64,000 nucleotides of DNA from the human T2T-CHM13v2.0 reference genome, Homo sapiens: NCBI RefSeq assembly GCF_009914755.1, contig NC_060937.1; one strand, 5' to 3'. Under the pieces are notes generated by a model. It saw only the letters and a list, made by a program, of their open reading frames with translations. It was not told the origin of the DNA and did not search any database. The translations under genes and the position numbers were made by a program. Below are positions 14,169 to 27,103 of this stretch, one piece after another. Numbering within the stretch: position 1 is the stretch's first letter; every line of letters starts with the position of its first letter.

Positions 14169-14310
14169 TCAGAGGTAGAGGTAGGAAGATGTAGCTGTTT
14201 TGTAAAGCCAGCTAACAAAGGTGAACGTCTGTAATACCATCAGAGGTAGAGGAAGGAAGATGTAGCTGTTTTATAAAGCCAGCTAATGAAGGTAAACGTC
14301 TGTAACACCC
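14169..14310. repeat. Tandem duplication, 2 x 71 bp
   Basis: 14169-14239 vs 14240-14310, about 7 mismatches. Confidence 0.92.
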
Positions 14311-15042
14311 TGATAGTTGAGATTTGCTGTATTTTATCGAATCTAAGTTACCAATTTTCAGCCTACTTTGTTATTTCATGCATCACTAAGAAAGAAGAAA
14401 CTGTTGATTAAAAAAATTAAACATGATCATCATAGGTTCTAGAGGTTCTAGTTGTATCTTAATTCCAGAGATATCAAAACGTTAAAAAGTTGTGCATTAT
14501 GGAATGCATGAAGTACCTATTAGTTTAATGTGTCTATAAGAAAACACATTGCTTATGAAAATTACTTTTTCATTATCATTAGTGTGTAGGTGTTTGGCTT
14601 CACGCAGAATAGATGTATATGTTTAAATTCAGTGATCCTTAATGTTACAGTGTAATTTTTGAGCAACAGCAACAGCAATTCTGTTAATCTATTCATTTTT
14701 ATTGTTCTGTTTTATATTTCATTTTCATTCGTTTGCTTATTGTCCCACTTGTGAAGCTTATCTCTTAAATACTGAGTAATCTGTCTTTAAACAACCTATT
14801 CACATGCACTAGGGGCAATCTGCTAGTTCAAAATGGCATTTCATATTAAGGTAATTCTGGTTGGGCAAAAGATTGTGCCCTAATGTTCTGTTTAGATTGA
14901 CTCATGTTGTAACTCCTCAAAATGATGAGATAAACTTTTTATTTCATTGGTGTGCTGGTTCTTAAAAGTTACCCTTTGAGTTCCTTATGGAAGAATAAGT
15001 ATGGAAAATCAGCCAAGTTAATTCTGAAAATAAATAATATTA

Positions 15043-15385
<343 letters not shown>

Positions 15386-15399
15386 AAGATTATTAACAT

Positions 15400-16320
15400 T
15401 ATTTATGAGACTGCAAGAGTGGTTCAATACCAACGGGTTAAAGGAAAAAAATATATTATCATCTTATAGATCCTGAAAAGTGATTGACAAAATTTTGCAC
15501 TATTTCTGATGTTTAAAATCCATTAGAAAACAGAACTGGATGGATTCTTGATGTTATTACGAATGTAATAACTTTTTATGTTTTTACATAAATGTAAAAT
15601 TTTAAATAACATTTTACATTTAGTTTTAACTAAAAGTTACCTAATGATTAAACATAAGAGCATGTTTCTTAAAGTCAGGAACATGACCAAGATGCCCACT
15701 GTCCCTACGTTATTTAGCGTTGTTCTGAAGGTGCCAGCTAATGTAATTACACAAGAGAATGAAATAAGAAAATATATATAGAGAAAAGAGGGCAGAATTT
15801 GCATGTGATATAATTATATACTTAGGAAAATTCAAAAGAAGCTGAAATGCTACAAGCAGGATAAAATAAATCAGTTTGTAAAAATTAATAAGTAATAATC
15901 ACTAGCTGTCCTTATTTCAAATAACTAGAAAACATGAGTGAAAGATTTCACTCATAATTTTTAAATGCTCTAAAAATAAACATAACAAGAAATGTACAAG
16001 GCTTATAGGAATAAAACTAGAAACCTCTACAGAGGCATTTAAAATACAATTGGATAATGTAAAGACATAACTATGCACAGTCATAATTTTTGAGGTATAA
16101 CTTGGGCCAAGGACAGCAGACAAATCCATGGAAGAGAACAAGCGGCTTACTGTGTGTCTCTCTGTGAGTGAATGTATGTGTGTATATAATTTAATATAAT
16201 ACAACATTACTTTAAATAAGTGAACATATTCTGAATTCTTAAAAAGCATATTGTTCATCCTTTTTTAAAAGTTATAGTAATTTCTCTTGTCCTAAGTAAA
16301 AATAAATCCCAGATTGAGAG
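15400..16320 (+). mobile_element. Highly degraded L1 (L1M-type ORF2 remnant)
   Basis: A-rich; aagtcaggaacatgaccaagatgcccactgtc...ttgttctgaaggtgccagctaatgtaattacacaagagaatgaaataa resembles L1 RT-region sequence. Confidence 0.55.
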
Positions 16321-19300
16321 AGTACTTGGTAGCCAATTGTTGCTCACTGGCAGTAGTGTCCCTTAACACTTAATGTGGCTTCACTGAACTTTTCTGCCAC
16401 CTCCTGCCTCATCAGAACATTATCCCACTTCGTTTGCGATTTCTAAGTGACTCCTTAGGTAGTATGGAAAAGCAATTTGTATGTAAAGGTGTTAGTGAGC
16501 AATAATGGCAGAATTTTCACTATTTTAGGATCCTTTTGGAGACATGATGCCTCATTCCAAATGAGTAACACTAATAATGAGCGATTCACTACTTGGCAAA
16601 CCATAAGGAGAAAATTGGTGGTCAGGCAAGAATAATCAACTGCGCTTATTAAGGGCACGTAGTCTTAATTATACTGATAGGTTATTATGACTCACAGGAT
16701 GAGTAGAACTTTATTTCATCAATTTCACATTTGCTTTTGTTTTGTTATAGGATCTTAGCCTTTTTGCATAGGTAATAATATCAGACACAAGTAATCCTTT
16801 TTAAAGAATTATAAATTAAAGCTGTTATACCAATGTGTGTTTGGAGGTAGAAGATGCCATTTCTTCCCCTTAGACAGGATCTTTAGGAAAGAGACAAGTC
16901 TTATTTATACCTTATCATTATAATCAATCAGTGTTCATTAAGTGCACGTAATGTGCTAGGCACCTTGCCATGTCTTTCCCTATGCCCAAGGATTTACCCT
17001 TCTCTTACTCTATTCAGATAATTGTTTGCCAAATGTGTTATCCTTTGATGAGGATTATCGGTTAATGTGACATTCTACACATCTTGCCAAAATAATCAGA
17101 TTTCTCATTTCTCTTGCCAATGCTAAAAATAGGATGGATGCATTAGGCATTCTTAAGTAAGTTTGTACCTTAGTTTTATTTCTAATGTAGATATTGAGTG
17201 AACCCTTAAAACAAAATTACATGTGTGGCTGCAATCATTATTGGGAGATCAACCCCTCCAGTGGTAACAGATACCAGACATAAGCACAATATCACATTAT
17301 ATGTGTGCGAAAAGTGGTGTTTACCCAACATGTCTTTGGTCAGACATGTAATGCTGTTTTTTTCCCCATTTTTGTTTGTGGCTGGGTTTTCTTGGCTTCC
17401 CCCACCCCCTTTAGCACAGAACTCTGAAAGCCTCTAAGTGATCCAACCCTACCAACCACAATTTATAAAGTCTATCATAACAGTCTATGACAATAAAGAA
17501 AACACTAGTACAAATATGGTGTCTGATTTATAAAGTGATTCTTGTTTCCAGTTTTGGCAGCCTCCCTGCTTCTGCCAGCCGGGGGGTGAGGAAGGAGTGA
17601 ACTCAGATCCAAACGAGGACTCCCAAAATGGCAGAGAGGACACTCAGCCCATAGACCCCCTGGCCAGACTGGGTGGAAAGCCATCTGTTTATGCACTTAC
17701 TATACATTCTGAGCACTTGAGCTGTGACTGCACTTGACTTTAGTGTGCTGGCTTGTTAATTTCACATTGGGTACCTGTTTGCAGATACCTTCCTGAAACT
17801 TACTTGCAAAGGCATTTGAAAGAATAATGTGCAGGAGAAAGGTCAATAAACAAATTGCACAAATCACATTCTTCTCCAAAATGGGATGTTCAGTGCATTA
17901 AAGATGATCCCCTGGGATGTGGGAAAGAAGCATAGGGACTTTCTGTATATGTATTTTTTAATATTAGCTTTTAAAAGCTGTGCTTTAGTAAATATTTTGG
18001 AATGTACAAATATACGAGAGTGATTTTATTTAATATTTAAATAAATACATATGTACATTTCAGAGCATGAAAAATTTTTTCCCTGATGGAGCTGCACAGT
18101 CAGCCATTTTTGAAGATCATGGAGTGAAGCTGCAAGCTCCATCAGGACAAGGGCCACAGCCATTTCGCGCACATCTGAATATATCACACTTAGTTTATTC
18201 TCAGGAATGAATGGAGAAAAGCATGAACAAATGATCAATGACTTATTGAACTCTGTAAACTAATATTTTACATCAACGAACTCATAAAGCCATTCAGAAT
18301 GTTACAAGCCTTGTTCTTATTTATACGATGCTGTCTTACCAGTCCTACAATTGATAATTAGGAATATTATGGCCTGAGGCAGTAATGCTTCAGTACAATA
18401 ATAACACAGGTTTATTTTTGTTAGAAGTTACCCCCAGCTGGCCCTCTCACATCAGTCACATTTTCATCAGGCTTCTTTGTTCTGCATAACCTGACTGCTA
18501 TGTAGAGGTGGGCTTATAATGTGAACTAAAAACATGATTCTGGCTCCATATATGAGTTAAATTTTATAAAACTCTCTAACTTCCCTCCAAAATATGAAAA
18601 GCCAATGGTATTGTAATGACTGCTGATAAGTTATCTTGTTGTCATATCCTCAACAAACCATTCCCTGGAGTATAAGCCTTTGAGTCTCTAAAGACTTAAC
18701 TGGAGAACAGGAAGTAAGACCAGGGAGCCATAATTATTAAACAATTCATTCTTACCTGAAATTCTTTTTTATTCCCTGGGAATCAGGTACCTATTTGGCC
18801 TCATCTTCAGAATTCATAATGTAGAATTCAGAATTCACAATATCCTCTGATATTAAGATTAATATACCCAAAGATTTGTAGCACTTTGATCCTCAATGAA
18901 GTATTTGCTGTTATTTGGTATAGTCTGAGCTGGGTAACAAACAGACCCATCCATTCAGTGAACTAACTAAGAAACTTTTTCCCTCTCACATAACAATCCA
19001 GACGTGAGTCATCCAGGACCAGTAGGGATGCTCCTCTGTCCTCAGCATGAACCTTCCATCTCTGTTTCTAAGTTGGCTTCTCCATTTGCTGTTATTTCTA
19101 GATAGGGGAAGGGTAAAAGAAAACTGAAGACAGTACCTGGAAGTGGAGACATCACTTCCAGTAGCATCATATCGGCTGGAAGTTACTCATAAACCACATC
19201 TTGCTGCAAGGGAGACTGGACAAGGTAGTCTCTAGCTGAGCAGCCATTTGTCCACAAAGCTTGAGGAAGGGAGTTGCCTATAACTAATAGGCAAAAAGGA

Positions 19301-21599
19301 GTGGAAGGAGATGAGGGGACAATGAGCAGTCTCTGACATTCACTAAACCCCATTTAGGTAGGAAGGAGGACTCACCATATATAAGCAAGAGTTAACTCTG
19401 AGAACACATAAGTCTATTAAAAATTTTAATGGTCAAGATTGTATTTTCAAAAGGTCAAAATACTTTGGGATTATTTAGATTGCAAGAGAGTGAGAGAAAT
19501 TTGAAAGTAGATTCAACAGCATTCATCTTTTTGAGGAAGTTTCAAAGGTCTGTTTAGAGATTGCATCTGTGATTGTGGAATAAACCTTGATTGTCACCTG
19601 CACCGCTTTTGCTAGGTTTTGTAGATTAAAAAGAGCATTAATTAAAAACTAGAAAGTTCACCAGATTAAGTGATTGTGTTTTCTACATATGGGAAACAGA
19701 TCCCCTTGGATTGCAATCTCCATTATTATAAGGAGCTCATTCCTATTTTTGAACTAATGTAAATAAGAAATCAATGAAATTTAAATAGATTGTAACTGCT
19801 TGTGAAACTGTAATCATTGAAGTTGTTATATGCCACTATTTCTCATTTGCCTATTAGTTAAAAAAAGGAGAGGAGGGATTAAACCCCATTCATTGCCTCT
19901 TTCCCTTTGTATACAAGAGTATGTGTCCGAAGAAAGTTTCTCATAAACCCACAAGGGTACTTGGTTTTTGGAGCACTCATGTTCCCAAGTCACGATGTTA
20001 GTCATGTAGTGGTTTTCCAATAGGATTTCATCTCTGTTTGCCATAATAGTTTTGGAAACTGCAATTCAACCCCAATCACATTTAGCGTTTATAAAAGCTG
20101 TCTTTATGGGAAAGCTGAAGTAAGACCCACAGAGTTTTCCTACAAAACCAAGGCCATCTATTGGCTTTAGCTCAACAATAAGTTATTGGCTTGTACTCAA
20201 TTTCAGGGGAGACCCAGGGAAGAAGGTAGGAAGCAGGAGGGTTTGCAAGAGGAAAATAACCGGTGAGTTATGTCAGAGGTGGGCTTTTCTTTGTGTTACA
20301 AGTACCCCAGGATGGAAGAAAAGATATTCTGCATGACATCTTTAAAGAAACAGAGAGCTGGAAGGACATGCTTGAAAGAGGAGCCTTCATTATGTGGCCT
20401 GGGATCTTGGGCTAACCTTCCAGAAGTGGATGAAACTGAGGGTCCTTGGTTGGAGAGCATGACAGCAAGGGATAGATTGGATTGTTCTACCAGCAGCGGC
20501 AGGAGAGGTACAGCCTGTGTAATTGAAGAGCGGGATGTGCCTTAGAGCAGTGTTTCCAAACCTCCTGGATCTTAAGACTCAGTTGGGGCCCTTGTTTTAA
20601 AAAGAGAAGAGAAAAGTCCTCCAGATCTATCAGTGGGGACTCTGATTTGGCAGTTCAGGGGTGGACTCTGTGATTTCTTCAAAGCATCCTAGGAAGAGGT
20701 GAGAGCCACTGGTGGACAGGGAAGCCATGGTGAATGAAGTGACTATATTTGAGAAGGAGTGTGAAGCCTGTGTGGTATGAAAGAGGTGGGTCCCGGAAAT
20801 TGTCAAGAGCTGTCTGTTTCTGAGATGACCAGACAACAAATGCTTGCTCAAACTTTTGGAAGTTCAGGGTGTTGGGGAGTTCCATTCTCACTTAGCTTCT
20901 GCATCACTAGGCTGCTACTCCTGTCCTCAGTCTTTGCCCTTCAAGAACACTAGGTAGCGGCGGCGGTGGTGGTGGTGGTACCAGTAAAAATAATCATCAT
21001 AATGATAAACCCTAAGGCTCATATTCATCAAAAAGTTTGAAAGCACTCAGAACTCTTCTCTTCAGTGCCTGTGGCTGCTTCTCATTTGATCTAGTTTTTC
21101 ATGGTGAATGACAATACCATTATCTCCACCACCCCAAACTGGAAGTCAGAAGATGGTCTTATCCTTTTATTCACCCACTCTTCACCTCTCCCCCATCCTG
21201 TGAATTCTACCGCCTTACAAAACCTTCAAGTATTGTCTCTACTCTGCTCACTGTGTGGTCACATGAACAGAGGTCATCATCCTCTCTTGCCTGCATCCTT
21301 GCATCTGGCCACCCCCTCCTGGTCTCACTGCCACTGGCCCATCCTTCCCATAGCTGAGGGACTTCGAAAATGCACATCTGAACAGGTCATTTCTTTTCCT
21401 GCTTAAAGCATCCTTCAGTAGATCGCTGTGGTTGTCAGGATGAAGTCTGAGCTGCTGAACATGTAACAAAAAGTCCTCTGTATTCTGGAAAGCCTCGTTC
21501 CAGCCCCTGCCTCTTCAGGCTTGTTACCTTGAATGCTCCATGTCATCGCCTCCATCGCAACTTGTACTCCACGGCCTCACCACAGTATGGTGCTGAACT

Positions 21600-22125
21600 C
21601 TCCCGACCTGGCCATACCCTTTCGCCTCTCTGCCTCTCTGCTGTAATCAGCAAGTGCAGAGAGGGCAAAGGGCATGTCTGTCCTGCGAACAGTGTCCTCA
21701 GAAACCCACAGGACTCCTGACTCCTAGCCTCCATCAGTAAACTTTGTTGAATGGATGAATGGATGAATGGATGAATGAATGATGAGTCTTTGTGCATAGT
21801 CCTTTGTATGCCACTCCATGCCCTTCTTTGTGTAGTCGGTTTTCTAATTGTCTTTTAAAATCCAACTCAGGCATTACTTCCTGGAGGAGGAGCCCACAGA
21901 TGCCCGCCCACCCACCTGTGGGGGTAGGTGCCCCTCCTGGGCCCACACGGGGCTTCTTGTAACAGCAGTAACCACACGGACCTGGGGTGAACTGGCTCAC
22001 TTGAATGTGAGCTTCCCAAGGACAGGGTCTGTGGGATGTTTCCTTTCTACATTTCCAGCCCCAGTGGCAAGCACATAGTTGGTGCTCAGTGAAAGTTTAA
22101 AGAACAAGTTTAATGAATATGTGAG
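21600..22125 (+). mobile_element. L2 3' end remnants with (TGAA/TGGA)n tails
   Basis: tttgttgaatggatgaatggatgaatgg at ~21754-21783; cacatagttggtgctcagtgaa at ~22072. Confidence 0.5.
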
Positions 22126-23959
22126 TGACCTGTGCCCTATGTGTGCACACTTGGTGTGCTCAGGTGGCGAGTTGTTTAATATTGCCAGAAGCTAGCCAGC
22201 CATGTGATCAATCCATAGGATTCTTAAGGGGCTGGAGGTCACTCGCAAGCTCAGTGTTTTCCTGCTTCTTTGAGAGGAGAGCTCTTTTCCTCTTTGGAGC
22301 GTGAACACGTTAGGGACCTTGGGGTTGGGGGTGCTCCTTCACTGGTAGCCTTGGCCCTTTTCTTCCTGGCCTCATGGATCTAAAGCAGCTGGCCTGGTAT
22401 CTCTGACCCCCTTTGCGTCTCATTCTTAGGGAGAAGTCTGTGAGAGCAAAGTCTTTTCCAGAAGAGATGAGGATTTGTCAATGTAGAAAGCACTGCCAAT
22501 GGAAGGTGGCATTATTTTTCAAGTGGCAGAGGAAAACAGAGACATGGTAAATAGCACAATTAGCCCAAGATGCCACACTGCAGTTACTCTGCCAAACTTT
22601 TAGATGACACTTTTTAAACCAGTAGTATAGTATAAGACATTTGAAAATCGGGCTCTTTATGAAGACTAACATTGCTGTCATAAGACTACTTTATGAAAAC
22701 CCAAGGGGACCTTTATCTGTAGCAGAAGCTTTCTCATTTAAACCATGAAGGTTAAACAATAAAAACTAATTTTCTATTCCCAGCATACCCATCGCACTCC
22801 CAGGAAAAGCATCAGTCTGCTTTATGAAAACAAGGACATGCTATTCTTTAGCTCTTTGGTAGGTAGAGGACATGAACTGTTTGCAAAAACGAGTCTCTTC
22901 CAATTAGCAGACTTCTTTTGGAAGAAATGATCCACCAGTGACTGTATTTGGGGTTTGGGGAGGAGGCCAACTCACATCTTGGTAAAGTTTTTCACTGAGA
23001 ATTTTCACTGATGGGCATGGGATGGTGGCCGCTGATTCAGTAGGAGCTGGAGCAATTAGGAGGCTGAGTGCAGTGGTAGTGGTGGTGCGGAGTGTGTAGA
23101 ATTCATGTTGACAAGAGTTTGGCTTTGGGAGAATTTGATTAGTCAGTACTTTTATATTAAAAATAAAGAATTATAGGGATCAGAATGTTAAGTTACAAAT
23201 TTAAGGTGAGGATGGCTTTTACCTTCGGGATGAGTGGGGTCTATACCCTACCTGCCTTCGCTCCTCCTATCTGCCTGCTGGGCCACTGGACCCCTTGCCC
23301 ACCTCATGATTTTTCCCCTCTCCTCTGGGGAGGGTGAGGACCTGCCCTCTCACCTCCCCCAGTGCTCCTGTCCTCTCCCTTCCTGGTGTCTTATAGGGCT
23401 CTGCTCTACGGAACCTAGGCTGAGAAGGGCAATCCACCATGATCTTTTATAACATGTATTCAGGCAACAGAGAACTCAATGAATCCTGCTCTTAAAGTTC
23501 TTTGCTTTGGGTGTTTTTGCACTATGGGCTCTTCATAAGGAACCAGGGGTCACCAGCTCCATCCAGGTGCATATATGTGTTCCCCCACATCCTGTGGATT
23601 GCAAGGTCAGTGTGAGCTTTAGGGGAGGGAGGAAAGCGAGAGGCTGGGGCAGCGATACTAAAGCCTATCTCATTAGCTATTGCACAACACCCAGTGGCCA
23701 CTCTTTCTGTGCCTTGTTAGCCAAGAATGCCGTGGAAATAAGAGCGTTGCAATTAAGGATGAGCTATTGATGAAACACTGGCTAAGGCAGCTTTCCAAGG
23801 GAGCAGTGTGTGCAAAAGTCTGCATGTACAGGAGGGCAGAGTTCTTGCAGGTGGAACTAAGAGTAATTTCATGAGGCTGGAACCTATGGCATCCCAGAGC
23901 CTCCTTCCAGGTGATGAGGTTTGGGAGTACAGGGGAAGAATATTAGGGGATTTCGGAGT

Positions 23960-25210
23960 GGTAACCAGACTAAGTGAAAAACTAATGTTTTTCTCTGTAC
24001 TCTCATAACCTGTCTGACACCAAATATGTGGCGTTTGCCCTCACACAAAGCAGTTCTCCAACTCTTCAGACACTAATTGGGTGTTCTGCAATTCAATTAT
24101 GATACTAACTATTGGGAGGTAACACAGCCCCAACAGGTTAAAGGCTCAGCCCCACAAGACTGTCCCACTTCAGATGCCATTCACAAGTGCTAGGTTGTTG
24201 CCTGTATTTCTGACCAACCAGCTACAAATCGGGGGTTCCCATGACCTCCTACTCAGGTTCGGTAATATTCTTGAATGGCTCACAGAACTCAGGAAAGCAC
24301 TTGACTTACTATGACCAGCTTATTATAAAGGATACAATCAGGATCCACCCAATGGAAGAGATGCTTAGGGCCAGGTATGGGGATGGAGAGGGTCGTGGAG
24401 CCTCCTTGCCTCTCAGGGCATGCCACTCCCTCAGCACCTGGCATGTTCACCTGCTAGGAAGGCAGTGGTTACCCTGGCTCAAGCCCACTGTTGAGAGTTT
24501 TTATGGAGGCTTCATTACATAGACATAGTTTATTAAATCATTGGCCATTGGTGGTTGATGTCAACCGGGAGGTCAGGAAGTCAAGGGGTGTGATATGGTT
24601 TGGCTCTGTGTCTCCACCCAAATCTTACCTCCAATTGTAATTCCCATAATCCCCAAGTGTCAAGGGTGGGACCAGGTAGAGGTAATTGGATCATGGGGGG
24701 TGGTTCCCCCATGCTGTTCTCATGGTAGTGAGTCTCATGAGATCTGATGGTTTTATAAGCATCTGGCATTTCCCCTGCTTGCACTCACTCCGTCCTGCCA
24801 CCCTGTGATGAAGGTGCCTGCTTCTCCTTTGCCTTCCACCAAGACTGTAGGTTTCCTGAGGCTTCCCCAGCCATGCGGAACCGTAAGCCAATTAAACCTC
24901 TTTCATTTATAAATTACCCAGTCTTGGCCAGTTCTTTATAGCAGTGTGAAAACAGACTAATACAGGCTGGGACTGAAAGATCCAATCTTCTAATCACATG
25001 ACCGGTCCCTCTGGAAACCAGATCCCATTCTCCAAGGGTCACATCATTAGCATAAACTCAGGTAAGGTTGGAAGGGGCTGATTTTGAATAACAAAGGATG
25101 CTTCTGTGACACCTGTCATGCGGGAAATTCCAAAGGCTTTAGGAGCTCAGTGCTAGGAACCTGGGATGAAGACGAATTGCATATTTCTTATTATATTACA
25201 ATATTACACA
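23960..25210 (-). mobile_element. MER21-family ERV LTR split by a THE1 LTR
   Basis: ctgacaccaaatatgtgg...ggctcagccccacaagactg...ggctcacagaactcaggaaa; resumes after 24964. Confidence 0.7.
24591..24964 (+). mobile_element. THE1 (THE1D-like) solo LTR
   Basis: TGATATGGTTTGGCTCTGTGTC...CAGACTAATACA ends; near-identical 5-bp flanks gggtg/ggctg. Confidence 0.88.
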
Positions 25211-25981
25211 GGCCCAGTTATGCAGGGCCTTCTAAGCCCTGGTAAGGAACGTGGACTTGTACCTGAAGTCTGGAAGCAGCCCCCAGAGGATTTTAAGAGG
25301 GGACATGTACTTTAGGATGCACTCTAACCTCAGTGGATCACTTTGAGGAGGGCAGGAGACAGGAAGAGGAGGTAGGAAGCTATTATGCTAGTCCTAATGA
25401 GAAATGATGAAAACTTGAAGGAAGGCAGTGGTACCCAGGTTGGAGAGGAGGGAATGGATTTCCCAGCTATTTACAAGGTGGAAATCTGCAGGACTTCTCT
25501 GCAGGAATTGGAAACTGGCTATTCATTTTCAGAAATAACCCATGTGTGGCATTCATGTGCTAACTCGGCTGATGAATGCACTATTCTTGTAACTAGGTTG
25601 GAGAAGAATTACATGAAGGGTATCATTAAGATGTTAAAATGAATGCATTACATATGTTAACAAGTGTATGAACCCTGTATTATATCTGGCAAACGGGGTG
25701 TTAAATCCTTGTTCAACCAGCCAGATGTCTCTGCAGCTGCTGCTGGTATTGCAGAGGGAGGCAGCCACCTGAGACCCCAGCTATAAGCTGGTGCCAGTGA
25801 TTTCCAAAGCATCTGGCTGTACAAATTCCTTCTTCTGTGCTCTGATTGACAGGTACCACATGGATCACACAATTCACATCACAATGCACAGGTGAGATTT
25901 TCAGTCTGATAAGCCCAGACTCCAGCAACTTGACCTTTTCAGAATATCTTTGCAGCTGAGAATGTTCTCAGTTGGAGCTGA

Positions 25982-26304
<323 letters not shown>

Positions 26305-27083
26305 TATTTATATTACTTTGTAAGTTGAAAAAAAAAACACTGTAGTAAAACAATCTTAAAAACAACTTAATAACATTCTCTCCTGAATTGGAATGTTATC
26401 AAAGTCTTGTTTGGGGCAGTTATTCAGCTGAATTTACAAAGAGGGGCGTATCCTTTGCTGTAAATGTTTAAATTGCCTGAAGCAAAATTCCCATAACTAC
26501 TTAAAGGAGTTGAAAATACTCCTAAGTGTTTATACTTATTCTTACACAGTACCATCTCTCCTGAGTGGCCCTAGTTTACTGAGATTGAGCCAGCTCTGAG
26601 ACATCTCCCTCCTCCTTAAGTTTGGCAAATATCCTAAAACGTTTGAAAAGATGTTTAAAAGATCTGAAGGAAGCTGGTCTCAATGGACCAGAGACAAAGT
26701 CTGCACAGCCAGGCTCCTGGGAATTGCACTTCTTGGATGTTGAGTTCAGGAGAGGCAGTACTAGAGACCACAGTTACACAATCACATTGATCTTTTGTGT
26801 ACTTTGTTTCCTGGAGAAGAAATTGTGTAATCCCAGCATTTTTTTATGAGTTAAATAGAAGTTGAAATTAAAAAAAAAAATCACATTGGTTGTTTTCCTG
26901 TCTGTTTAAATGTACTCTGACAGCAAAGATGAAAAGTTAATGCAGTCTAAATAGAAAAATACCACAATGAGAAGATTTTAAAAAAATATTGTGAAATATC
27001 CTCATCTCTATTGTTTTTAGACGTTGGGGTTTCAAATCTGCAAAGGCTGACTGCGGCGTTGTCAGGATTGTCAATGTTGGACA

Positions 27084-27103
27084 GCGTCCACTAGGTGGCA
27101 GTA
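27084..27103 (+). promoter_or_regulatory. CTCF-type motif in intron 2
   Basis: GCGTCCACTAGGTGGCAGTA closely matches the CCAC(C/T)AG(G/A)(G/T)GGC core. Confidence 0.7.
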
